A DNA stretch of 64,000 nucleotides from Candidatus Eiseniibacteriota bacterium (lineage in GTDB: Bacteria; Eisenbacteria; RBG-16-71-46). The notes under the pieces were generated by a model. The model saw only the letters and a list, made by a program, of their open reading frames with translations, searched no databases and was not told the DNA's origin. Shown piece after piece: positions 10,121-18,260 of the stretch. The stretch's first letter is position 1, and each line of letters opens with the position of its first letter. Location: positions 1 to 64,000 of the forward strand of contig JANLWX010000019.1 in NCBI GenBank assembly GCA_031364845.1, written 5' to 3'. Made by a program: the position numbers and the translations under genes.

Positions 10121-11389
10121 ATGCACAGTGGACTCTCGGTCCGGATGATCATCGGACTGGTCGCGGGCGTGGTGTTGGGCGTCGCGGCGCATGTCGCCTT
10201 CGGCGGCGCGCCCGCGCTCGAGGCGTTCATCCGCTACGTGACCGAGCCCGTGGGCAAGATCTTCCTGCGCCTGCTGTTCGTGCTCGTGATCCCGCTGATC
10301 GTCTCGGCACTTGGACTCGGCGTCGCGGGGCTCGGCGACATCCGCCGCCTCGGCCGCATCGGCGCGAAGACGCTCGCCTACACGGTCGTCGTCTCGGCGA
10401 TCGCGGTGCTGATCGGCGTGGTGCTCGTGAACACGATTCGTCCGGGTGCGGGAATCTCGCCCGAGTTGAAGCAGCAGCTCCAATTGCGCGCTTCGGCCGC
10501 GCCCGCCGCCGCTCCGTCCGCGGGTGCTACCGGGATCGACTTCGTGGTGGGCCTCGTCCCGCAGAATGCGATCAAGGCGATGGCCGACGGCGACATGCTC
10601 GCGGTGATGGTGTTCGCGCTCCTGATCGGCATCGGCCTGGCCCTCACGCGCACCGAGCCCGCGCGGCGGTTCGAAGAGGCGCTGCAGGGACTCTACGACG
10701 TCGTGATGCGCCTGCTCGGGCTGGTCCTGCTCGCCGCACCGTTCGCGGTCGCGTGCCTGCTGTTCACGCTCACGGCGCGGCTCGGCTACCTAGTGCTGCT
10801 CCAGCTCGGCGCGTACGTTTTTGTCGTGCTGCTGGCGCTCGCGATCCAGCAGTTCGTCGTCTACTCGATCTCGGTGGCGTGGCTCGGGCGCATGAACCCG
10901 CTCGTGTTCTTCAAGGCGATCCGCGAAGCGATGCTGACCGCGTTCTCGACCGCCTCGAGCAATGCGACACTTCCGACCTCTCTGTGGGTCGCCGAAGAGC
11001 ACTTGAAGCTGCCGCGCCACGTGAGCCGCTTCGTGCTCACGATCGGATCGACCGCCAACCAGAACGGGACCGCGCTGTTCGAAGGCGTCACCGTGCTGTT
11101 CCTCGCCCAGTTCTACGGGATCGAGCTGCAGTTCTCACAGCAGCTCACCGTGGTCTTCATCTGCATCCTCGGCGGCATCGGCACCGCGGGCGTTCCGGCC
11201 GGATCGATCCCGGTCGTCGTGATGATCCTGGGGCTGGTCGGTATTCCGGCCGAAGGCATCGGCATGATCTTGGGCGTCGACCGCTTCCTCGACATGTGCC
11301 GGACCACACTCAACGTCACGGGCGATCTCGCCGCGGCGGTCGTGGTCTCGCGCGGCGAAGGGGAATTCGTGGAGATGGAAGGGATGTAA
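10121..11389 (+). CDS. Dicarboxylate/amino acid:cation symporter (DAACS, GltP-like)
   Basis: AFSTASSNATLP, GSTANQNGTAL, GTAGVPAG, GVDRFLDMCRTTLNVTGD, and multiple TM helices. Confidence 0.93.
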   Translation: MHSGLSVRMIIGLVAGVVLGVAAHVAFGGAPALEAFIRYVTEPVGKIFLRLLFVLVIPLIVSALGLGVAGLGDIRRLGRIGAKTLAYTVVVSAIAVLIGVVLVNTIRPGAGISPELKQQLQLRASAAPAAAPSAGATGIDFVVGLVPQNAIKAMADGDMLAVMVFALLIGIGLALTRTEPARRFEEALQGLYDVVMRLLGLVLLAAPFAVACLLFTLTARLGYLVLLQLGAYVFVVLLALAIQQFVVYSISVAWLGRMNPLVFFKAIREAMLTAFSTASSNATLPTSLWVAEEHLKLPRHVSRFVLTIGSTANQNGTALFEGVTVLFLAQFYGIELQFSQQLTVVFICILGGIGTAGVPAGSIPVVVMILGLVGIPAEGIGMILGVDRFLDMCRTTLNVTGDLAAAVVVSRGEGEFVEMEGM

Positions 11390-11640
11390 CCGGCTTCGCC
11401 TTCGGCCACGTCGCCGCAGCGCAAAGGGCGAGATCGTGTTTCGCTCCTCCTGTTCCTACAATAATCTTCTGCAGTTACGGCGATCTAGACACGCACTCGA
11501 CCGGTCCAACCCTTCCGCCAGCCTGCTATCTCCTATGTGGCGCCGCGCTTGTAAGAATCATCGGCGAACTCACATCTCGGGCATGGTCTCTGCTGGATGG
11601 GATGACGGTGCCGCCCCGTAACTCTTCCGAGAGGACCCCC

Positions 11641-12762
11641 ATGAACTTCATCAGACTCAGTTCCGTCGCCGCGAGCATTCTGGCTGCCGCATTCCTGGCC
11701 GGCTGTACGGCGGCAGATCGAGACAAAGCAGGCCCACGGCCGGCTTCGGCGTCGACTACTGAAGACCAGGGCACGGTCGAAAAGATCATCGCAAACTGGC
11801 CCGAGCGCCCACGACTTGGGGCGGTACAGATGATCGCCAAGTATGGAGCGCCCCAGGAGATCACCGCGGAACGGTTGATCTGGAACAATCCTGGCCCCTT
11901 CAAGAGAATCATGGTGATGAACCTCGAGACACCGCACGACTTCCCCCTGCCGCACGTCGACTACATGGAACACACGATCAACTACAACGTGCCGCAGAAC
12001 AAAGTCGGCGACCTGATCGCGTTCGATGCGAGCAGCACGATCAATCGCACCGTGGGCGAGCTCTCGGCGCGCTGTGATCTCGAAGGCCACAATGTGCTGA
12101 CGCTCAATCTCGATCACGACATCGTCACTGGCAAGAAGACCGTGGCAGAGGCTCGCAAGGCATTTGGTGAGATTGTGGGGCAGGACGTAACGGGCAAACA
12201 TCCGGCGTACGTCGAAGGGCTTCAATTCAAGACCATGACCGCGACCGCTTTTGCAGACAAGCCGGTGATTCCGGGCTCGCCCTTACGCGCCGGCGATCCT
12301 GCCGCGAATGGGGACGGAGGTGACGCCGAGATTCTGGCGAGCGTTTTCGCCATCGACCTCAATGAAGTCAACGCCGCCGCAGAAGCTCAGAGGAAGAAGA
12401 TGAGCCAACCCGTCCTCGACTTCGCGAAAATGCTTCACGAAGCGCACGGCACGAACATGACCAAGACCATGGAGCTCGGTCAGCAGATGGGTTCGAGCCC
12501 GGCCATCACGGCAACCGTGGAAGGCATGCAGAAGAAGGGCGCGGGTGAACTCGCAGCGTTGGTTATGTTGGACGGCGAGGAATTCGAGCGCGCCTACCTG
12601 ACCGCGATGGTCAAGGGTCATGAAGAGGCCTTGAGCATGATCGACGGCCAGCTCTTGAAGACGGTGAAGAACGGCAAGCTCCGGGAGCATCTAACCGCGA
12701 CCCGTGCACATGTCGCCCACCACCTAGAGAAGGCCAAGGAACTTCAAGGCGGCCGAAGCTAA
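11641..12762 (+). CDS. Lipoprotein: unknown N-terminal domain plus DUF4142 (ferritin-like) C-terminal domain
   Basis: GAGG RBS and lipobox LAGC. C-terminal EVNAAAEA...VLDFAKMLHEAH...FERAYLTAMVKGHEEAL...VAHHLEKAKEL. Confidence 0.75.
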   Translation: MNFIRLSSVAASILAAAFLAGCTAADRDKAGPRPASASTTEDQGTVEKIIANWPERPRLGAVQMIAKYGAPQEITAERLIWNNPGPFKRIMVMNLETPHDFPLPHVDYMEHTINYNVPQNKVGDLIAFDASSTINRTVGELSARCDLEGHNVLTLNLDHDIVTGKKTVAEARKAFGEIVGQDVTGKHPAYVEGLQFKTMTATAFADKPVIPGSPLRAGDPAANGDGGDAEILASVFAIDLNEVNAAAEAQRKKMSQPVLDFAKMLHEAHGTNMTKTMELGQQMGSSPAITATVEGMQKKGAGELAALVMLDGEEFERAYLTAMVKGHEEALSMIDGQLLKTVKNGKLREHLTATRAHVAHHLEKAKELQGGRS

Positions 12763-12805
12763 ACGGTCCCGGGCGAATGCCTTGATCCTTAATTACACAG
12801 CATCT

Positions 12806-12844
12806 AACGCAGGTCCGGGGCTCGCTCTGGGCCTGCGTTGTTTT
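12806..12844. terminator. Terminator hairpin between convergent genes
   Basis: aacgcaggtccgggg-ctcg-ctctgggcctgcgtt (with G-U pairs) followed by gtttt. Confidence 0.7.
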
Positions 12845-13880
12845 ATGTAGTCCCCGTGCGGCTCCCGTTGCCGTAGCGCCCCACCGCCAGTTCGACGATC
12901 TCGCCGATGAGATCCGAGTACGAGCGCCCCGACTTTTCCGCCGCCATCGAGAACTCGGCAGACGGCAGCAGATAAGGATTCGGATTCACCTCGAGCACGT
13001 GCACCGTGCCGTCGGTCGCGACCCGGAAGTCGATGCGCCCGTAGTCGCGCAGCTCGAGTGACTGGAATGCTTGAATCGCCGTGTCCTTGAGCTTGGCAGT
13101 CAGTTCCTCGCTCAGGTTCTTGGGCAGGAACGCGTGCGTCTGCTCGTACGCAGCGGTGCCTTCTTCCCACTTCACTTCGGTGCCGGCGATCTTGGGCGTG
13201 CCCTTGGGCAGCTTCGACAGATCCAGCTCGACGACCGGGAGCGCTTCGGGGCGCTCGTTGCCCATCACGCCGACGTAGAACTCGCGTCCCTCGATGTACT
13301 CCTCGATCAGCGCCGGCGTGTCGAACTGCTGATGGATGTAATCGATGCGCTCCATCAGCTCCTTGATCGATCCGCACACCGCGCCGAAATGGATTCCGAT
13401 CGAGCCATCTTCGCGCGCGGGCTTCACGATCACCGGAAATTGGATGTCGTGCGAGTGCTCGGTGCGTCCGCGCCACACGGTCGCGAAGTACGGCGTGTGA
13501 ATGCCGTGGAAGGCGAAGATCTTCTTCGCGAGCGCCTTGTCCTGGGCGAGATAGAGGCCGTGCGCGCCGGTGCCGGTGTAGCGGCGGTTGAGCAACTCCA
13601 TGTAGGCGGCGACGTTGGTGTCGTAACTGTCGTTGCCGCCGAACGACTCGACCAGATTGAAGATCAGGTCGGTCTCGGAGTTCGCGAGCTCGATCAGACT
13701 CTCCGCGGTGCCGTCGAGACGCACGAACACCGGGTTGTGCCCGTTCTTCTTGAGTGCCTCGTAGACTTCCTGGACGTCCTCGTCGGGCGACTGGCGCTTC
13801 GGCCGTGCCTTCTCGCCGTTGCGATCCTCGTCCTCGTTCCACCAGTAGTCGTAGAGCACGCCGATGCGGAGCTTGGCCAT
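12843..13880 (-). CDS. ATP-grasp ligase, D-Ala-D-Ala ligase-like family
   Basis: LAQDKALAKKI, FPVIVKPAREDGSIGI, LIEEYIEGREF, DYGRIDFR, LEVNPNP. Confidence 0.88.
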   Translation of the reverse strand: MAKLRIGVLYDYWWNEDEDRNGEKARPKRQSPDEDVQEVYEALKKNGHNPVFVRLDGTAESLIELANSETDLIFNLVESFGGNDSYDTNVAAYMELLNRRYTGTGAHGLYLAQDKALAKKIFAFHGIHTPYFATVWRGRTEHSHDIQFPVIVKPAREDGSIGIHFGAVCGSIKELMERIDYIHQQFDTPALIEEYIEGREFYVGVMGNERPEALPVVELDLSKLPKGTPKIAGTEVKWEEGTAAYEQTHAFLPKNLSEELTAKLKDTAIQAFQSLELRDYGRIDFRVATDGTVHVLEVNPNPYLLPSAEFSMAAEKSGRSYSDLIGEIVELAVGRYGNGSRTGTT

Positions 13881-13929
13881 TCCGCTTCCCTCCCCTGGGA
13901 ACTCGCGGGCCCCTTCCGTGGGCCCCGGG

Positions 13930-14949
13930 TCAGCTCAGGACGAACCTGCCGCGTGTCAGATAGTTCATCGCCAGCGTGGTGCCGTACGCGGTCAACTCCA
14001 CGAGGTACGTGCCTTCCTTGCCTACTTCCGCCTGCAGATTCAGATCCCGGCACGTGCGGATGATGCGCTCGACCAGTGACCGCACCACCGGACGCTTCAC
14101 ACCGGTCCAATAGGTGATCTTGTCCGTCATCACGGCACGATGTTCTTCGAGCACATCCGCGGCCGGCCGGATGTTCTTTCGCCGCCTGCCGGGCAGCAGG
14201 AACAGATCGGTCAGATCGGTTTCGAGCGCCACGTTCACGCCCGCGCCGTTCTGGCGGATCATCCGCTTGTAGAATTGTTCGACCGTCACCTTCATGTCTT
14301 CGACGGTGATGTCGAAGTCGCCGGTCGAAACGACGGGATCCTGATCACGCACCTTGCGCACGACGGCGTCAACATAACGCAGCTTACGCAGTGCTGGCCA
14401 GAGCTTGTATTTGTGACGCCAGTTCGATCGCGGCGTCATCCACACCGCGAACGTCTCGGCGAAGTCCTCGTCGGGATGCTTCTGCGCGTACCAACCCGCC
14501 ATGTGCCGCACGTACTTGCGGCTGAACGGCAGCGGCCGGTAGTGATCGCGGTAGCGGCGATTGTAGGGGCCGAACAGCTTGCGCCATTCGGGAGTCGCGT
14601 ACAGCCGATAGGCATAGTTGAACGCGTGTCCCGCTTCGTGACGCAGGTACATCATGATCTCGCGCTCGTCCTCGAGATCGTTCATCTCGCGTTCGAGTCG
14701 CGCGAGTTTCGGATCGCCGAGATAGAACGGAATGCCGATCACCGGCTGCCCGTCGGGACATCCCCATTCATCCGACAGGTAGCACACCGGATGAAAGCGT
14801 CTCAGTCCTTTGCGGTCGAGTTCGCGATACAACTGATGCACGTAGCGCTCGACGGGCGAGCCTTCGAGCCGCAGCCCGAGCTGACTGATGCGCTTGCCGA
14901 GCAGCTCCTTGAAGTCGGGCTGGTTCTTTTCGAAGTCGAACATGGACAT
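13930..14949 (-). CDS. Putative zinc-binding metallopeptidase
   Basis: LRHEAGHA (HExxH), WYAQKHPDEDFAETFAVW, LSDEWGCPDG. Confidence 0.85.
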   Translation of the reverse strand: MSMFDFEKNQPDFKELLGKRISQLGLRLEGSPVERYVHQLYRELDRKGLRRFHPVCYLSDEWGCPDGQPVIGIPFYLGDPKLARLEREMNDLEDEREIMMYLRHEAGHAFNYAYRLYATPEWRKLFGPYNRRYRDHYRPLPFSRKYVRHMAGWYAQKHPDEDFAETFAVWMTPRSNWRHKYKLWPALRKLRYVDAVVRKVRDQDPVVSTGDFDITVEDMKVTVEQFYKRMIRQNGAGVNVALETDLTDLFLLPGRRRKNIRPAADVLEEHRAVMTDKITYWTGVKRPVVRSLVERIIRTCRDLNLQAEVGKEGTYLVELTAYGTTLAMNYLTRGRFVLS

Positions 14950-15054
14950 GGTCGGGAGACGTCCTGCGAGTGGAAGAAGAGTGGGCTGAGGATGCTACGG
15001 GGCCGCTGCCGCGGGCACAAGCCCGGCGTGTGAATTCAGTGTGCGGGGCGCGGT

Positions 15055-15083
15055 TTGTCGGCCGGTGGCGCGACCGGTAACCT
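15055..15083 (+). promoter_or_regulatory. Sigma70-type promoter TTGTCG-N17-TAACCT, probably giving a leaderless mRNA
   Basis: The -10 box ends 6 nt before ATG 15090, and there is no SD sequence. Confidence 0.5.
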
Positions 15084-15089
15084 CCGGCA

Positions 15090-15827
15090 ATGACCTCCCG
15101 CCCGCTGCTCGCCCTGATCCTCGCCCTCGCGGCGGGCTTTGCGCTGCCTCCTCGGGGGGCGAGCGCCCGCGTGATGCTCGACTCCCTCCCACCCGACTCG
15201 GTCCGGGCCGCGGCGCCCGATTCCGCGGCGGACCCGCCGGCCGCAACACCCCGGGTCCGGCCGCGCTCGATGACGCCGACCTGAAGCGGCTGACCCGGCG
15301 AAGGCGCGCCGCTCCGTGGGGGCGGCCTCGACACTCCGCGCACGCTGTCGTTGCGCTGGATCGACACCGACCTCGAGCGCCCGCGCTGGCGGGCAACGGC
15401 GAGCGTGCGGGTGGTTCCCACGCTCCAGCTGGGTGTGGAGTGGAACCCGGTGGCCGAGGAGGTGGGCCCGATCGCGACCTGGTTCCTCTCGACCGAGACC
15501 GACCGGCGACCGGCCGTGTTCGTCGGGACCAGTTCCGACCGGATCGGCTCCCCGCCGCACACGCAGTCCTATTACCTGACGGTTGCCAAGAGCTTCGTCA
15601 CGGTTCCGGTCGCGCCCTACGCCACGCTCAACTGGTCCGAATGGGACGACGCCATCAACGTTCCGTTCGGCATGCACGTCAGGCTTGGCTCAAACTTGTC
15701 ACTGCAACCGATGTACGACGGCCACCGCTCGCATATCCTTGGTACTTGGTCGAACAGCCGCGTGAGCGCGACGGTGATCTGGGCATGGTTCGAGACCATC
15801 GGATTCGCGGGTTCTGTCGGATTCTGA
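15090..15827 (+). CDS. Candidate double-selenocysteine (UxxU) secreted/outer-membrane selenoprotein
   Basis: ORFs 15090-15284 and 15351-15827 are in the same frame and separated only by TGA 15282-84 and TGA 15291-93 (TPT-U-S-G-U-PGEG). N-terminal signal peptide, amphipathic beta-strand C-terminal domain ending in Phe, and a hairpin downstream of the UGAs. Confidence 0.75.
15308..15326 (+). promoter_or_regulatory. Putative bacterial SECIS hairpin
   Basis: GCCGCUCC-GUG-GGGGCGGC: 8-bp stem with a G-first apical loop, starting 22 nt after the second UGA and 31 nt after the first. Confidence 0.55.
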
Positions 15828-15840
15828 GCGAGGAGACACG

Positions 15841-16536
15841 ATGAAGCGGTGGCTCGTGATGGCAGTGGCATTGGGCACTCTGGGGTTGGCGCCGGCCACG
15901 GTTCACGCCGGGAGCCCCGGGCTCACGGTGACCGTGGACGACGCGCCCAAGCGCGCGGTGTGCCTCGTGTGCCGCGTGAAAGAAGGCTCGACGCACGAAG
16001 AGCCTGTAAAGGCCGTCCGCATCCGCGACGGAAAGACCTATGCCTTCTGCCAGCAGGCCTGCGCCGAGGCGTTCGACGCCGATCCCGCCGCCTACCTGCC
16101 GCCCTCGCTTCCGCGCCCCGCGCCCGCCGTCAAAGCCGCGGACCTCAAAGGCACCGCGCTCGATTGGGAGCAGTACCGCGGGAAGATCGTCCTCATCGAC
16201 TTCTGGGCGACCTGGTGCGCGCCGTGCCGCAAGTCGATGCCCGAGCTTCAGAAGCTGCACGACCAGTATTCGAGGGAAGGCTTCACGGTGCTCGGCCTGT
16301 CGATCGACGAAGGCGGCCCGGCCAAGGTGAAGAAGTTCATGGCGGCAAAAAAGTACACCTATCCCATTGCGCTCGACTCCGAGAAGACCCCGACCTGGGA
16401 AGCCTACGGAGTGAAGGGCATCCCTTCGGCGTACCTCGTGAATCGCGACGGGAAGGTCGTCGCCGAGTGGCGCGGTGCCGTCGATCCGGCGCAGATCGAA
16501 GCCGAGTTGAAGAAGCTGCTGGCCGAGGTGAACTGA
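15841..16536 (+). CDS. YHS-domain plus TlpA-family thiol-disulfide oxidoreductase (secreted)
   Basis: AGGAG RBS and signal peptide. CLVC...GKTYAFCQQACAEAFDADPAAY (YHS) and DFWATWCAPCRKSMP (redoxin). Confidence 0.92.
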   Translation: MKRWLVMAVALGTLGLAPATVHAGSPGLTVTVDDAPKRAVCLVCRVKEGSTHEEPVKAVRIRDGKTYAFCQQACAEAFDADPAAYLPPSLPRPAPAVKAADLKGTALDWEQYRGKIVLIDFWATWCAPCRKSMPELQKLHDQYSREGFTVLGLSIDEGGPAKVKKFMAAKKYTYPIALDSEKTPTWEAYGVKGIPSAYLVNRDGKVVAEWRGAVDPAQIEAELKKLLAEVN

Positions 16537-16720
16537 CCCAGCCGGTCAAGTTGTCGCAAAGAACCGCTCCCCGAATGAACTTGCGTGGTATAACACACAT
16601 CTACATCCACGCAGCGCTTGGAGAGGCTGCAAACCCGTCGGGACTCCCCTCCCGCCGCCGATTTCATGACCGGCTCGCAGATGCGGACCGGCGTTCTACT
16701 CAGCCAAGGAGCGTTCGCCC

Positions 16721-17377
16721 ATGATTCGCACGATTCGCGCGTCGGTACTCACGATTTCGGCCATCGCACTTGCCGCCGCTGCGGCGACCGCGGCGCCGGT
16801 CGCCTATAAGATCGACAAGTCCCACTCCGATGTCGGCTTCAAGGTTCGTCACTTCTTCTCGAAGACCCCGGGACGCTTCAGCGACTTCTCGGGCATGATC
16901 AATCTCGACGAGAAGAACCCGTCGGCCTCGTCGGTCGATGTGACGATCCAGACCGCCAGCATCCAGACCAACAACGAACGCCGCGACAATCACCTGCGCA
17001 GCGACGACTTCTTCAACGCCGAGAAGTTTCCGACGATCACGTTCAAGAGCACGAAGATCACCCCCGTCGAGGGCAACAAGTTCAAGGTCGACGGCGATCT
17101 CACGATCCGTGACGTCACGAAGCCGGTGACGCTCGACGCGGAACTGGTCGGCATGGGCGCTGTGGGACAGTCGGGCACGCGCGCGGGATTCCAGGCGACC
17201 ACCTCGGTCAATCGCAAGGACTACGGCGTGCTGTGGAACAAGACGCTCGACAACGGCGGCACGATGCTCGACGACATCGTCTACATCAATCTCGACGTCG
17301 AAGCGGTGAAGGACGAGCCGAAGAAGGATGCGCCTCCGGCAGCTCCGAAGGACGAGAAGACGACGGACAAGAAGTAA
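16721..17377 (+). CDS. YceI family protein
   Basis: YKIDKSHSDVGFKVRH, RDNHLRSDDFFNAEKFPTITF, GDLTIRDVTKPV. Signal peptide and AAGGAG RBS. Confidence 0.95.
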   Translation: MIRTIRASVLTISAIALAAAAATAAPVAYKIDKSHSDVGFKVRHFFSKTPGRFSDFSGMINLDEKNPSASSVDVTIQTASIQTNNERRDNHLRSDDFFNAEKFPTITFKSTKITPVEGNKFKVDGDLTIRDVTKPVTLDAELVGMGAVGQSGTRAGFQATTSVNRKDYGVLWNKTLDNGGTMLDDIVYINLDVEAVKDEPKKDAPPAAPKDEKTTDKK

Positions 17378-17417
17378 CCGTCGGACCCAGGGCGGCATTC
17401 GCCGCCGGATACACGAA

Positions 17418-17460
17418 CGCCCTGCCGATCTCGGACGATCGGCAGGGCGATTCTGTTTTG
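17418..17460. terminator. Intrinsic terminator between convergent genes
   Basis: cgccctgccgatc-tcggac-gatcggcagggcg followed by attctgtttt. Confidence 0.8.
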
Positions 17461-17476
17461 GCGTGCAGCGTTTGCT

Positions 17477-18112
17477 TCAGGGTTTCGAAGCGGCCGAATC
17501 CGCGGCCGCGGGCACCGCGGTTGCGCCCGCTTCGGTCGCCGCCGCCGGCACCGGCGTCTCGGCCGGATTCGCTGCGCGCCAGGTTTCGATCGCGGCCAGC
17601 AGCTCCGCCGCTTCGCCGGTCGCCTTCAGCCGCTCGAGAATCGCGTGCTGCTCGAGTGCCTTGTCGAGCTGCTTCATCTCGAGATAGGTCTCGCCGAGAT
17701 ACTCACGCGCCGGAGCGTAGTCGAAGCGCAGCCCCAGGCACTTCTTATAGGCCGCGACCGCATCGTCGTGCTTGCCGAGCCGGCGTGAGGCGTAGCCGAC
17801 GAGGTTCCACGCCTCGTGATAGGACGAATCCGTCTCGACCGCTCGCTCCGCACGTTCGAGCGCCTTGCGATAGCGCTTCTCGGCGTTCTTGTCCTTCTTC
17901 TCGGCCGCGTCCTTCTTGGCCCGGGCGATCTCGTTGTAGGCGTCGCCATAGTCGCGTTCGGCCAGCTGGCGAGGCGTCATCGTCGCGGCGGAGGTGGCCG
18001 CCGAACCCGTCGGCTGTTTCGGCTCGGGCGAAGTGGAGCCTCCCATGTTCGCGAGCGCGGGAGCCGCGAGAACGAGTGTGGCCACCACGGCAACAACTTG
18101 CTTCGATCGCAT
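17477..18112 (-). CDS. Secreted tetratricopeptide repeat protein
   Basis: Start MRSKQVV after GAGAGG, with a signal peptide. AWNLVGYASRRLG...AREYLGETYL TPR pattern. Confidence 0.85.
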   Translation of the reverse strand: MRSKQVVAVVATLVLAAPALANMGGSTSPEPKQPTGSAATSAATMTPRQLAERDYGDAYNEIARAKKDAAEKKDKNAEKRYRKALERAERAVETDSSYHEAWNLVGYASRRLGKHDDAVAAYKKCLGLRFDYAPAREYLGETYLEMKQLDKALEQHAILERLKATGEAAELLAAIETWRAANPAETPVPAAATEAGATAVPAAADSAASKP

Positions 18113-18260
18113 GTCGAACCTCTCGAATGATGATGGCGTTTCCAGGTCGGATTTCGGCCGGGGCGGCCGCCCGGTCTTTCGCGGAGCGGACCTGCGAACC
18201 CGCGCACGATCCGCGAGATCAGGTGCCCAGTGCCATGCGGCATGATAGCCTATCTGCCGC

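Noticed and set aside
10027..11640. N-terminal extension of the 911-aa ORF
   Set aside because: Off-frame overlap with the symporter, Arg-rich and non-protein-like. The real start is 11641.
15282..15293. Alternative readings of the two TGAs: pseudogene, or genetic code 4/25
   Set aside because: Many neighbouring genes end in TGA and use TGG for Trp, so there is no global recoding. Two nonsense mutations in CxxC spacing with no other decay is less parsimonious than Sec, though not excluded.
16600..16715. ggctgcaaacc resembling a tRNA-Cys anticodon arm or a riboswitch in the yceI leader
   Set aside because: No T-loop (GTTCRA), no acceptor stem, and no recognisable aptamer.
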